NCBI GenBank assembly: GCA_003453215.1
Contig: DMMB01000069.1
Coordinates: forward strand, 22,810 to 86,809
Direction of reading: 5' to 3'
Length of the DNA: 64,000 bases
Source: Oscillospiraceae bacterium
Lineage (GTDB): Bacteria > Bacillota > Clostridia > Oscillospirales > Ruminococcaceae
Both the position numbers and the translations under genes were made by a program. This document shows positions 1 through 9,174 of this stretch, one piece after another (the first letter of the stretch is position 1; every line of letters starts with the position of its first letter). The notes under the pieces were generated by a model that was given only the letters and a program-made list of their open reading frames with translations, was not told where the DNA came from and searched no databases.

Positions 1-704
1 TGCAGCACATAAGCCGCTGCGTACAACCAGCTATACAGCACCGAAGGCTGGGTGGTTGCTTTGTACACGGTAATCAGCTGGTACAGCACATTGGCAATAA
101 GCACCTTTTTGCCCAGGCCCAGCACAAAGCGCTGCGTCCCGGCAGCAATCATGGCCGGCGAACTGGTACGGCTCTTCAGCTGAGGTTCAATATCGGCATA
201 GCGGACAATGGGCCCGGCAATGAGCTGCGGAAACATGGCGATGTAGGTGCCAAGATCGATGAGATTGCGCTGGGCCGCCACCGTTCCCCGGTGGACATCC
301 ACCACATAGCTGAGAATCTGGAACGTGTAAAAGCTGATGCCGATGGGCAGCGCCACCCGCAGAAGCGGCACCGAAAGCCCGGTGACAGCATTAAAGCTGC
401 GGATAAAGAAATCGGCGTATTTGCAATAGCCCAGAAGCAACAGACTAAAAAGGACCGAGGCGGTCAAAAAAAGTTTTGACCGCCGGGGATTGCTGATACG
501 ATATTTTTCCACCAGCCGTCCAAAGAGATAGCCCTGCAGGATGGAAACTACCATAAAGAGGACGTACTTTGGCTCTCCCCATGCATAGAAAATAAGGGAG
601 AAGAAAAGCAGGACGGCATTTTTAGCCCGCCGCGGCGCTAAAAAGTAGCACAGCAGCGTAAGCGGCAAAAAGTAGTAGAGAAACGGGATGCTTGAAAACA
701 GCAT
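1..704 (-). CDS. MBOAT family O-acyltransferase (AlgI/PatA/DltB-like), 3' end outside window
   Basis: Not in ORF track. Manual translation from ATG at 704 (GGGAGG RBS upstream): MLFSSIPFLYYFLPL...FYAWGEPKY...LPIGISFYTFQILSY...MFPQLIAGPIVRY, typical MBOAT motifs. Confidence 0.92.
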   Translation of the reverse strand, partial: MLFSSIPFLYYFLPLTLLCYFLAPRRAKNAVLLFFSLIFYAWGEPKYVLFMVVSILQGYLFGRLVEKYRISNPRRSKLFLTASVLFSLLLLGYCKYADFFIRSFNAVTGLSVPLLRVALPIGISFYTFQILSYVVDVHRGTVAAQRNLIDLGTYIAMFPQLIAGPIVRYADIEPQLKSRTSSPAMIAAGTQRFVLGLGKKVLIANVLYQLITVYKATTQPSVLYSWLYAAAYVL

Positions 705-728
705 GAGCTGATCCTCCCGATGGGTTAC

Positions 729-1298
729 TTAAAAATCAATGGCTTCATCAAAGGCGACAACCGCAGCGGAGTAAGCACCGGTGATCTGATCGCGGAACGC
801 ATTGATGAGATCCTCGTGGCCATACATGGCAACCACTACCTCATTTACGGTGATGACAACTACCTTATCGGGGAAGCCGCACATCCACTGGCGGGACTGG
901 ATGCTATCGCGCAGAGCCTGAGCCAGGGTCGCCGCATCGGAAGCGTTCTTCAAGTGATAAGCGCCGCAGCTGAAGGTGTTCATGTTCATCATGTGGGTGA
1001 GAGAAGCGGCACTATCAATGAGATCTACGCTCTCCGCCGGGAAAGACAGCATATAGCTGAGGTTATCCACATCGGAAATATCGAACTTGCCGGGAGCGCC
1101 ATCGACGGGGGTGGTGGCATCGCCGCCTGCAGCGGGGAACTTTTCATCCTCGGAAAGGCCCTCCCACGCTTTGGTCAGGACTTCCAACGGATCGGTAACG
1201 GCTGCATCGTTGCCGCCATTATTGCCGGAATTGTTGCCGCAAGCGGCAAAGGCCAGTACCATTACGGCGGCCATCAGAATGGAAATAATCTTTTTCAT
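729..1298 (-). CDS. Lipoprotein, DUF4358-like, associated with MBOAT locus
   Basis: MKK + hydrophobic stretch + FAAC lipobox, Asn/Gly linker; same position as lipoprotein 35781-36410. Confidence 0.8.
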   Translation of the reverse strand: MKKIISILMAAVMVLAFAACGNNSGNNGGNDAAVTDPLEVLTKAWEGLSEDEKFPAAGGDATTPVDGAPGKFDISDVDNLSYMLSFPAESVDLIDSAASLTHMMNMNTFSCGAYHLKNASDAATLAQALRDSIQSRQWMCGFPDKVVVITVNEVVVAMYGHEDLINAFRDQITGAYSAAVVAFDEAIDF

Positions 1299-1318
1299 GG
1301 GAAATTCTCCTTCATTTT

Positions 1319-1852
1319 TTAAGATGTTTTTTGTATCATCCAGACGCCCTGCTCATTTTGAGAAAGGGTCACAGTCTGCGTATTGACGGTCAGGCTATAG
1401 CGGCTGCCTGCCGTAGGCTGCGGGATTACCCACCGAATGGTGCAGCGGCCGCTGCCGCTTTGGGTACCGCTCCACTCGGAAACGGTATTCCCCTGGGCAA
1501 TCTGCAGTTCGCCCGCTGTGGCGGTCAGCTGCCACGCGCCGCGGCCGGTAAGGGTCAGTTCTACCTCCAGCTCTCCGGCGGAATAAAGGGCCGGTTCCGC
1601 CCCGCGGGTCGGGCCGGCTTGTTCGGAGACGGCTACTGGGCTGCTGCCAATCGCGGCGCCATCCATGGAAAGGCGCAGAGAACCGCCCTGCTGCCACAGC
1701 ACCGAAATACCAAACACCAGCAAAATGGCGGCGGCCATGGCGCTCCATCGGCCAAAGGCCGGGTGGCGCGGGGCCGGCGGCGCGGTTATTGCCTCCTGCA
1801 GCAGGTCTTCCTCAATGCCGGTAATGGCTGATGCTAAGGCCTCATGCTTCAT
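1319..1852 (-). CDS. Putative anti-sigma factor (single TM)
   Basis: Overlaps ECF sigma 3' end; N-term 'AITGIEEDLLQEA', then WSAMAAAILL TM helix. Start taken at MKHEAL. Confidence 0.75.
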   Translation of the reverse strand: MKHEALASAITGIEEDLLQEAITAPPAPRHPAFGRWSAMAAAILLVFGISVLWQQGGSLRLSMDGAAIGSSPVAVSEQAGPTRGAEPALYSAGELEVELTLTGRGAWQLTATAGELQIAQGNTVSEWSGTQSGSGRCTIRWVIPQPTAGSRYSLTVNTQTVTLSQNEQGVWMIQKTS

Positions 1853-2408
1853 AGCTCCACCCCTCCCTTTCAAGATAATGCTTTAGCCTGGTACGGGTTC
1901 GCAGCAGCATGGATTTGACACGGCTTTCGGAAAAGCCGAAATGATCGGCAATTTGCCCCACGGGCTGACACAGAAAATATCGCTGCAGAAAAACCTGCCG
2001 GCTTTCTTCCTTTTCGGTACGCAGAAAAGCACTAAGCACCCGGGAAAATTCGGCGGCTTCCGCTTCGCTTTGCGGTTCGCTGCCGGCGGGCAGATATTCT
2101 GCCAGCTCCTCCAGCGAAAGCGCCGCTTCCCCTCCGCCCCGCTTTTCAGCCATTTTGGCCTTATACCGGTTCAGCGCCAGATTGCGGGCAATGCGTCCGA
2201 GGAAGGCCGCCAAAAACTGCGGCCGCTGCGGCGGAATGGCATTCCAGGCCCGCAGATAGGTATCATTGACATTTTCTTCGCTGTCTTCACGATCCGCTAA
2301 AATATTCATGGACAGCCGCATACAGTATGCCCCGTATTTGCGGGAAGTTTCAGCGATGGCATCGGGACTGCGCTGCCAGTAGAGTTCGATGATCTTTTCG
2401 TCCTCCAT
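1842..2408 (-). CDS. ECF RNA polymerase sigma factor
   Basis: MEDEKIIELYW, DSEENVNDTYLRAW (region 2), C-terminal HTH SESRVKSMLLRTR. Confidence 0.93.
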   Translation of the reverse strand: MEDEKIIELYWQRSPDAIAETSRKYGAYCMRLSMNILADREDSEENVNDTYLRAWNAIPPQRPQFLAAFLGRIARNLALNRYKAKMAEKRGGGEAALSLEELAEYLPAGSEPQSEAEAAEFSRVLSAFLRTEKEESRQVFLQRYFLCQPVGQIADHFGFSESRVKSMLLRTRTRLKHYLEREGWSYEA

Positions 2409-2450
2409 CGGGCGCTCCTTTCCTGCTTTTCGGAAAGCTTCCTCACCCTT

Positions 2451-2479
2451 ATAGACAACATTGGCCCGGGTTTGGTTGC
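2451..2479 (-). promoter_or_regulatory. Putative ECF-type autoregulatory promoter
   Basis: Minus strand GCAAC-N17-TGTCTAT upstream of the sigma gene, resembling ECF AAC...GTC promoters. Confidence 0.45.
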
Positions 2480-2569
2480 GCGGAAAAGCAAATTTTTTTA
2501 TTTTTGAGAGAAAATTTTTGGGGGAGAGAGAAAATCCGCAGGAGTCACAGGGGGCTGCTGCGGTTTTTT

Positions 2570-3181
2570 CTACGGTATTAAATCCAGATTTCCGCCATCT
2601 TCCACCGTGTGGCCCTCCAGCAGCAAAAGTTTTTCCGCCAAAAGGCGGGAAAAGCCGCCGATGACCGCCGCCGTGGCAATGATCTCCTCCACCCGGTCGG
2701 TATCCAGCATGGTGGGCTCTTCATCAACGTGCTTCAGGATGGTGGCACAGGCCGCGCGAACCTCCTGGGTAAAGTAACAGGCCGCCAGGCTGTGCCGTTC
2801 CACATATTCGGTGTAAAAGGGCTGCAGTTCCTCCTCGGTCAGATCGGAGGGGATGAGCCGCTGCACCAGTGAAATGCTTAATCCCTGCTTCAAAGTGCAG
2901 ATCATGATAAGGTAGGCAAGATGCACGCGGTAGTAACGTTTTTTGATGGGACCGGGCATCGCGCGCGTGCGCACGTAGTTATTAATGGCCGCTGCCGTAA
3001 CGGCTTCTTCCTCTTTCAGTTCGGGCGGGAGATAATCCAGATAGCCGCGCAGCAGGGTGACAACCTGCTCCATATAGAGGCCGATATCCGGGATTTCCTC
3101 CCATGCGGGAAGACGGTAGCGATTGAGATAGCGATCCCAGCGGCGCAGCTTGGCCGCTACCAGGTCATTATCAAAACTCAC
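2570..3181 (-). CDS. DUF1836 domain protein (putative HTH regulator)
   Basis: LPAWEEIPDIGLYMEQV...AINNYV...KKRY motif; divergent from degV as is common. Confidence 0.85.
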   Translation of the reverse strand: MSFDNDLVAAKLRRWDRYLNRYRLPAWEEIPDIGLYMEQVVTLLRGYLDYLPPELKEEEAVTAAAINNYVRTRAMPGPIKKRYYRVHLAYLIMICTLKQGLSISLVQRLIPSDLTEEELQPFYTEYVERHSLAACYFTQEVRAACATILKHVDEEPTMLDTDRVEEIIATAAVIGGFSRLLAEKLLLLEGHTVEDGGNLDLIP

Positions 3182-3250
3182 AGTAAGTCACCTCTCTTTG
3201 GGCGATATTATACCACAGCCAAAAGAAGCCCGCAAGGACCTATAATGAAT

Positions 3251-3287
3251 ATTATGGCTTGACATAATCATAAAAATAGTGTAATCT
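3251..3287 (+). promoter_or_regulatory. sigma-A promoter for degV with overlapping inverted repeat
   Basis: TTGACA(3259)-N17-TAATCT; ATTATG-N6-CATAAT palindrome (3251-3268) covers the -35. Confidence 0.55.
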
Positions 3288-3322
3288 AATGAAGCATATT
3301 AGATGAAAGAAGGTTCTGTATC

Positions 3323-4204
3323 TTGTACGAAATCTTTACCGATACCGCTGCCAACCTGGATTGCTCGCTGCTGGAGGAACTGGGAGTTGGCCTTATCCCG
3401 TTTTCCTTTTACTATAATGGCGAGGAACACCGCGTCACCAGCCTGGAACAATTTGATGGGCACGCCTATTATGATATGATCCGGGCCGGAACCGAAGTGA
3501 CGACCTCGCTGGTTGATCCCCAGCGGTACATCGATGGCTTTACGCCTGTGCTGCAGCAGGGCCATGATGTTCTGTTTGTGGGGATGTCCAGCGGCATCAG
3601 CGGCAGCTATGCTTCCGCCGAAGTGGCAGCCGCCACGCTGCGGGAAGAATTTCCGGAGCGAAAAATCCGTCTGGTGGATACCCTTTCCGCTTCGCTGGCC
3701 GAAGGGCTGCAGGTGCTGAAAGCCGTGGAGGGCCGCGCCGAGGGGGTGGACATCGATACAATGGCCGACCGCCTGCTGGAAAGCCGCCACAATATGTGCC
3801 AGGTCTTTACGGTGGATAACCTGAAATACCTGAAACGGACCGGGCGGATCAGCAACCTGAAAGCGGCTGTTGGTACCGTACTGCAGATCAAGCCCCTGCT
3901 GAAAGGGGACCCGGAGGGGAAAATTGTCTGCTTTGCCCAGGTGCGGGGCCGGAAAAAATCCATCGAAATGATGGCGGAGCAGTACGACCGCTATGTGGAA
4001 AACGCCGAGTGCGAAACCATCGGCATAGCGCATGGCGACTGCCCGGAGGACGCGGAAGCCTTGATTGCCCTGCTGAACCGCAACCACCCCCCGAAAAATA
4101 TCATCAATGCCTGCTATGAACCGATGACGGGTGCCCACGTAGGCCCCGGCGCCCTGGCGCTGTTTTTCTACGGAAAAAAGGAGTTCCGTCCGGCCACGAA
4201 GTGA
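3323..4204 (+). CDS. DegV family fatty-acid-binding protein
   Basis: IFTDTAANL, TTS, SSGISGSY, LKYLKRTGRI, GAHVGPG motifs. Confidence 0.93.
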   Translation: MYEIFTDTAANLDCSLLEELGVGLIPFSFYYNGEEHRVTSLEQFDGHAYYDMIRAGTEVTTSLVDPQRYIDGFTPVLQQGHDVLFVGMSSGISGSYASAEVAAATLREEFPERKIRLVDTLSASLAEGLQVLKAVEGRAEGVDIDTMADRLLESRHNMCQVFTVDNLKYLKRTGRISNLKAAVGTVLQIKPLLKGDPEGKIVCFAQVRGRKKSIEMMAEQYDRYVENAECETIGIAHGDCPEDAEALIALLNRNHPPKNIINACYEPMTGAHVGPGALALFFYGKKEFRPATK

Positions 4205-4383
4205 TTTATTCGAGAATGCAGTCTGTTTATTCTGTTATTCCGAATAATTTTTCGCTATAACCGAACAATAATCATTGCCCCCGCAGGTTGTGGGGGCTAT
4301 AATTATCTTTACCATTATTCTACACGCAGACAATCGGTAAACTGTGCATTTTTACAACCATACAATAACAGGCGGCGTTTTTT

Positions 4384-5496
4384 ATGATAAAATCCACGGC
4401 AAAACTGCATACAGATCCAAAGGCCGTGGGGAAACTGCGCCTATGGGCACTGGCAGCCCTGCTGCTGGTTGTTTTTGTGGCATCGTTTTTCCTGGGACGG
4501 TACGGTGTTTCCCTGACGCTGGGGCAATTCCTGGGGCTGATGGCAGAAGGACTGCAGCGGGTGCTGACTTCAATCATCAACGGCGTGGGCAAACTTTTCG
4601 GGTTTTCCATCGACCGGTTGTTCACCGTCCCGGTGACCTGGCCAGCGGTTATGGAAACCATTGTATTTAATATCCGTATGCCCCGCATTATTATGGCCTG
4701 CCTGGTGGGCTGCTGCCTGGCTTCCGCCGGCGCGTGCTATCAGGGGGTATTCCAGAACCCGATGGCGGCCCCCGACCTGCTGGGTGCTTCCACCGGCGCC
4801 TGCTTTGGCGCTGCGCTGGCAATTCTGCATGGGCGTTCTTCCGCTATGATTACGCTGTACGCATTTTCTTTCAGCCTGCTGACGGTGCTGCTGGTCTTTG
4901 TGATAGGCCAACGGGCCCCGGGGCAAAAGACCGTAAACCTGATCCTGGCCGGCATTATGATCAGTTCGCTTTTTTCGGCAGGAACTTCTTATATCAAACT
5001 GGTGGCGGACCCCGGCAGCAAACTGCCGGAGATTACCTACTGGCTGATGGGCAGCCTTTCCGGCACCCGCGGCGTTGATATTCGCTTTGCTATTTTCCCC
5101 ATGGCACTGGGACTTATCCCCTTACTGCTTATCCGCTGGCGGCTGAACCTGCTGACACTGGGAGAAGAGGAAGCCCGCGCCCTGGGGATCAATACCGCCC
5201 TGCTGCGGCTGATTGTAGTGGTATGCGCCACACTGGTGACGGCCGCCTCCGTTTCAGTCAGCGGTCTCATTGGCTGGGTGGGGCTGGTCATTCCCCATCT
5301 ATGCCGTCGATATATCGGCAACGATTACCGCAAGCTGCTGCCGGCTTCGATGCTGTTTGGAGCGACATTTTTGCTGTTGGTGGATAACATCAGCCGGAAC
5401 CTGCTGGCGGTGGAAATCCCCATCGGTATTTTGACTGCCTTTATTGGTGCACCGTTCTTTATTTACCTGATGCACCAGAAGGGAGGCCATGTATGA
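4384..5496 (+). CDS. FecCD/BtuC-family ABC permease
   Basis: IRMPR, FQNPMAAPDLLG, LGEEEARALG, GLIGWVGLVIPH. Confidence 0.93.
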   Translation: MIKSTAKLHTDPKAVGKLRLWALAALLLVVFVASFFLGRYGVSLTLGQFLGLMAEGLQRVLTSIINGVGKLFGFSIDRLFTVPVTWPAVMETIVFNIRMPRIIMACLVGCCLASAGACYQGVFQNPMAAPDLLGASTGACFGAALAILHGRSSAMITLYAFSFSLLTVLLVFVIGQRAPGQKTVNLILAGIMISSLFSAGTSYIKLVADPGSKLPEITYWLMGSLSGTRGVDIRFAIFPMALGLIPLLLIRWRLNLLTLGEEEARALGINTALLRLIVVVCATLVTAASVSVSGLIGWVGLVIPHLCRRYIGNDYRKLLPASMLFGATFLLLVDNISRNLLAVEIPIGILTAFIGAPFFIYLMHQKGGHV

Positions 5497-6275
5497 ATCC
5501 TTCCATTCAGGCCGAGGAAGTACGCTTTTCCTACGGCAAAAACGAAGTGCTGCGCGGGGTGAACTTTGCTGCGCAAAGAGGACAACTCATCGCGGTGCTG
5601 GGCCCCAACGGTGCCGGAAAAAGCACCCTGTTTCGCTGCCTGCTGGGTCTTTACCACAATTACCATGGCTCCATAAAAATAGACGGCCGGGAAGTAAAGA
5701 GCCTGCAGCCGCGGGAAATCGCGGCCAAGGTGGCCTATATTCCGCAGACACAGACACCAACCTTTCACTATACGGTACTGGAGATGGTGCTGATGGGCAC
5801 CACCCACCGGGTACGTGGGCTGCAAAGCCCCGGCGAAAAGGAAGAAGCCATTGCGCGGGAAGCGCTGGCCCAGGTGGGCATAGCGGATATGGAACAGCGC
5901 AGTTTTGGACAGCTTTCCGGCGGCGAGCAGCAGCTGGTGCTGATAGCCCGGGCGCTGGCCCAGCAAACCGAGCTGCTGATTATGGATGAACCAACCAGCA
6001 GCCTGGACTATGGCAATCAGCTGCGAGTGATGCAGCGGGTAAAGGAACTGGCGCAGCAGGGTTATACCATTCTGCTTTCCAGCCACAACCCCCAGCAGGA
6101 CTTGCTGTTTGCCGATCGCATTCTAGCCCTGCACGATGGCGTTATCTGCGCTGACGGCGCACCGAGAACGGTGGTTACACCGGAGCTGCTGGACAAGCTG
6201 TATCACATCAAAACACGGCTGGCAGAAGCCGAAGAAGGACGCTTGATTGTGCCGCTGCTAAAGGGGGACAGCTGA
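5493..6275 (+). CDS. Metal-chelate ABC transporter ATP-binding protein
   Basis: Walker A GPNGAGKST, LSGGEQQ, MDEPT. Confidence 0.95.
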   Translation: MNPSIQAEEVRFSYGKNEVLRGVNFAAQRGQLIAVLGPNGAGKSTLFRCLLGLYHNYHGSIKIDGREVKSLQPREIAAKVAYIPQTQTPTFHYTVLEMVLMGTTHRVRGLQSPGEKEEAIAREALAQVGIADMEQRSFGQLSGGEQQLVLIARALAQQTELLIMDEPTSSLDYGNQLRVMQRVKELAQQGYTILLSSHNPQQDLLFADRILALHDGVICADGAPRTVVTPELLDKLYHIKTRLAEAEEGRLIVPLLKGDS

Positions 6276-6991
6276 TGTTTACCTGGAATGAAGATATGAT
6301 CCGCTTTTTGCAGGATGCCAGCGAGCAAAGCGACTACCACCGCCTGCTGGCCAAGTACCTGGCCGAGCGGCTGCCCCAAAACGCCCATGTGTGTGACGCG
6401 GGCTGCGGACTGGGTTACCTCAGTCTGCGGCTGGCCCCCTATTGCCGCCAGGTCACAGCGGCGGATATTAGCCCGGAGGCCCTGGCAGTGCTGCACGAAA
6501 ACTGCATAAAAGAGGGCATCACCAATATAGAGACCCGCTGCGGCGCCATCGACGCCATGGCGCCCGATCCTCCCTACGATGCGATGATTTTCTGCTTTTT
6601 CGGCACCGGAGACGAAGCGCTGCGCATTGCCAAAAAACAATGCTGCGGCCCCGTTATCATCATAAAAAAAGCATGGAGCGAACATCGTTTTTCCATTGGA
6701 AAGCAAAAGCTGAGCCACGAAGGCTACGAAGACACGATGGCGCTGCTGGAAAACCTGCATATTCCCCACCGGGGTGAAACCCTGGAAATGGAGATGGGGC
6801 AGCCTTTCCGCAGTGTGGCGGATGCCTGCCGTTTCTTTGAAATTTACGATAAAAGCGGCGCTGCTGTCACCGAAGAGGCTGTAAAAGTGCGGCTGACCTC
6901 CACCGGGAACGAAACATTCCCCTGGTACCTGCCGCAGCCCAAAATCATGGGCATTATTACGTTGGATAGCAGTGACATCTCTGAGTTATAA
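6275..6991 (+). CDS. Class I SAM-dependent methyltransferase
   Basis: VCDAGCGLG motif I, AADISPEAL motif II; translationally coupled to the ATPase gene. Confidence 0.88.
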   Translation: MFTWNEDMIRFLQDASEQSDYHRLLAKYLAERLPQNAHVCDAGCGLGYLSLRLAPYCRQVTAADISPEALAVLHENCIKEGITNIETRCGAIDAMAPDPPYDAMIFCFFGTGDEALRIAKKQCCGPVIIIKKAWSEHRFSIGKQKLSHEGYEDTMALLENLHIPHRGETLEMEMGQPFRSVADACRFFEIYDKSGAAVTEEAVKVRLTSTGNETFPWYLPQPKIMGIITLDSSDISEL

Positions 6992-7029
6992 AAAATCCAA
7001 AGCCACAAAAAAGAAGGAGAAAAAAGAAC

Positions 7030-8121
7030 ATGAAAAAGATGCTAAGCATTCTGCTGGCCGTCATGATGATCGCCACCTTGGCGCTGACCGGCTGCGGACA
7101 GAACAATGATCCTCCCCTGGATCCCGATCCCACCACCCGTACTTTTACCGACTCCCTGGGCCGTGAAGTAACCCTGCCTACAAACCTTTCCAAGATCGCC
7201 ATTTCCGGCCCTCTGGCACAGATTGTCGTATTTGCCATTGCGCCTGAAATGATGGTTGGTACGGTCAATGGCTGGTCGGATGCCGCCAAGGATCTGATTC
7301 CCGAAGAATACTACAACCTGCCCCAGCTGGGCCAGCTGTATGGTGGCAAGGGCGAACTGAATCTGGAAACCCTGCTGCAGTCCGGCGCTGAGATTGTTAT
7401 CGACGTGGGCGAACAGAAGGACGGCATGGCCGATGACCTGAATGCTCTGCAGGAGCAGACTGGGATTCCTTTTGTACACATTGACTGCTACACCGGCAGC
7501 ATGGGCGATACTTACCGCACCCTGGGTGCCCTGCTTGGTAAAGAGACCGAGGGCAACGCTCTGGGCGAGTATTGCGATAAGGTTTATACCCGCACCCAGG
7601 ACATTGCCAACAGCGTAGAGAAGGTAAACCTGCTGTACTGCCTGGGCGATAAGGGCGAGAACGTCATTGCACAGGGCAGCTACCATGCGGAGGTCATTGA
7701 CCTGCTTTCCAACAACCTGGCTGTTGTGGATTCTCCCTCTTCCAAGGGCAGCGGCAACGAAGTGGATATGGAACAGATCCTGAAGTGGAACCCGGATGTT
7801 ATCCTCTTTGCCCCCGGCAGCGTATATGCTACGGTTGGTGGGGATTCTGCTTGGCAGGGCGTTAATGCCATCAAGAATGGCACCTACTATGAGGTACCGA
7901 ATGGTCCTTACAACTGGATGGGCTTCCCTCCCTCCGTTCAGCGTATGCTGGGTATGATGTGGATGGCAAAACTGCTGTACCCCGAAGCGGCCGATTATGA
8001 CCTGTACACCGAGGTAAATGAGTACTTCCAGCTGTTCTACCACACCAACCTGAGCGAGGATGCCTACAATGCTCTGGTTGCCAATTCCATCGGCACCGTA
8101 GAAGTAAAGGCTGCCGCCTGA
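7030..8121 (+). CDS. ABC substrate-binding lipoprotein (FecB/BtuF class)
   Basis: LTGC lipobox, FTDSLGREVTLP, EQILKWNPDVI, AIKNGTYYEVP. Confidence 0.92.
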   Translation: MKKMLSILLAVMMIATLALTGCGQNNDPPLDPDPTTRTFTDSLGREVTLPTNLSKIAISGPLAQIVVFAIAPEMMVGTVNGWSDAAKDLIPEEYYNLPQLGQLYGGKGELNLETLLQSGAEIVIDVGEQKDGMADDLNALQEQTGIPFVHIDCYTGSMGDTYRTLGALLGKETEGNALGEYCDKVYTRTQDIANSVEKVNLLYCLGDKGENVIAQGSYHAEVIDLLSNNLAVVDSPSSKGSGNEVDMEQILKWNPDVILFAPGSVYATVGGDSAWQGVNAIKNGTYYEVPNGPYNWMGFPPSVQRMLGMMWMAKLLYPEAADYDLYTEVNEYFQLFYHTNLSEDAYNALVANSIGTVEVKAAA

Positions 8122-8137
8122 TCTTTTCTGTACAAAC

Positions 8138-8172
8138 TGTCCGGCCATTTTGCGATGGCCGGACATCTTTTT
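8138..8172 (+). terminator. Rho-independent terminator
   Basis: TGTCCGGCCAT/ATGGCCGGACA stem plus T-tract after the SBP gene. Confidence 0.8.
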
Positions 8173-8306
8173 GCACGCGGATGGTATTGCCGAATGTTTT
8201 TTCACCTTTTACGGTAGAATGGACTTGTAAGCAGGCACAAAAAGCGGTATAATAGCATTAATATCATTATTCTTTAAAAAGGCAAGCGGGAAGGACGAGG
8301 AACAGC

Positions 8307-9071
8307 ATGGTAGAGGCCGGCGGGCGAGTACAATCCATCGAAAAAGCGGTAAGAATCCTGGAGATTTTGGCAGAGGCCGGCGGTCCCATGCCGCTGCGGG
8401 AAATTGCCCGCCGTACAGCGCTGCCCAAAAGCACCCTGCATGGCATTATTTCTACTCTGCGGGAAACCGGCCTGGTAGAGCAATCGGCAGAAGACGGCTG
8501 CTATGGGCTGGGTCTGCACCTGTTTGAACTGGGGTGTGCTGCCAGCGACAGCCGGGATATTACCGCCATTAGCCGGCCCTTTTTACAGGAGTTGGCCAAT
8601 CGCGCCGGAGAAACCGCCTTCTTGGCAGCTCTGGATGGCACCGATACCCTGTTGCTGGAGGTCATGGAAGCTCCTAACCCACTGCGGGTAGCGCTGGCTC
8701 CCGGCACCCGTTTTCCACTGTATTGTACTGCACAGGGAAAGGTTTTTCTGGCGTGGAACGAAAATATTCTGCGGCAAATCTGCCGCAGCGAACCGGTTGC
8801 CTATACCCCCCACACCCATATTTCCCCGGAACAAATCCAGGCCGACGCCGCTGCCACACGGGAACGCGGCTATGCGATTGAAGACGGCGAACACCGGATT
8901 GGCCTGAGGGCCCTGGCAGCCCCCATTGCCGATATCGATGGAAAGGTGCGATATGCTATCGGCGTTGTTGGTATGTTCCGTCTGGTGCAATCGGAGGAGT
9001 TCGCTACCGCCGCTCATCTGGCAGTAGAGGCAGCCCGCGCCATTGCCGCCTCCCTGCAGCGTAGACCGTAG
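8307..9071 (+). CDS. IclR family transcriptional regulator
   Basis: VQSIEKAVRILE, LPKSTLHGI HTH, PLYCTAQGK, RERGYA. Confidence 0.93.
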   Translation: MVEAGGRVQSIEKAVRILEILAEAGGPMPLREIARRTALPKSTLHGIISTLRETGLVEQSAEDGCYGLGLHLFELGCAASDSRDITAISRPFLQELANRAGETAFLAALDGTDTLLLEVMEAPNPLRVALAPGTRFPLYCTAQGKVFLAWNENILRQICRSEPVAYTPHTHISPEQIQADAAATRERGYAIEDGEHRIGLRALAAPIADIDGKVRYAIGVVGMFRLVQSEEFATAAHLAVEAARAIAASLQRRP

Positions 9072-9093
9072 AAAAACAGAAAAGGATCAACGG

Positions 9094-9167
9094 AGCCGCC
9101 CCCGAAGGGACGGCTTTTTATTCTATTAAAAAGCCGCGCATCCTGCCTGGTGGAAGAATGCGCGGCT
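9094..9167. terminator. Pair of terminators between convergent iclR and hydrogenase genes
   Basis: AGCCGCCCC..GGGACGGCTTTTT (+) and AAAAAGCCGCGCAT..ATGCGCGGCT (-). Confidence 0.7.
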
Positions 9168-9174
9168 ATTTCGA

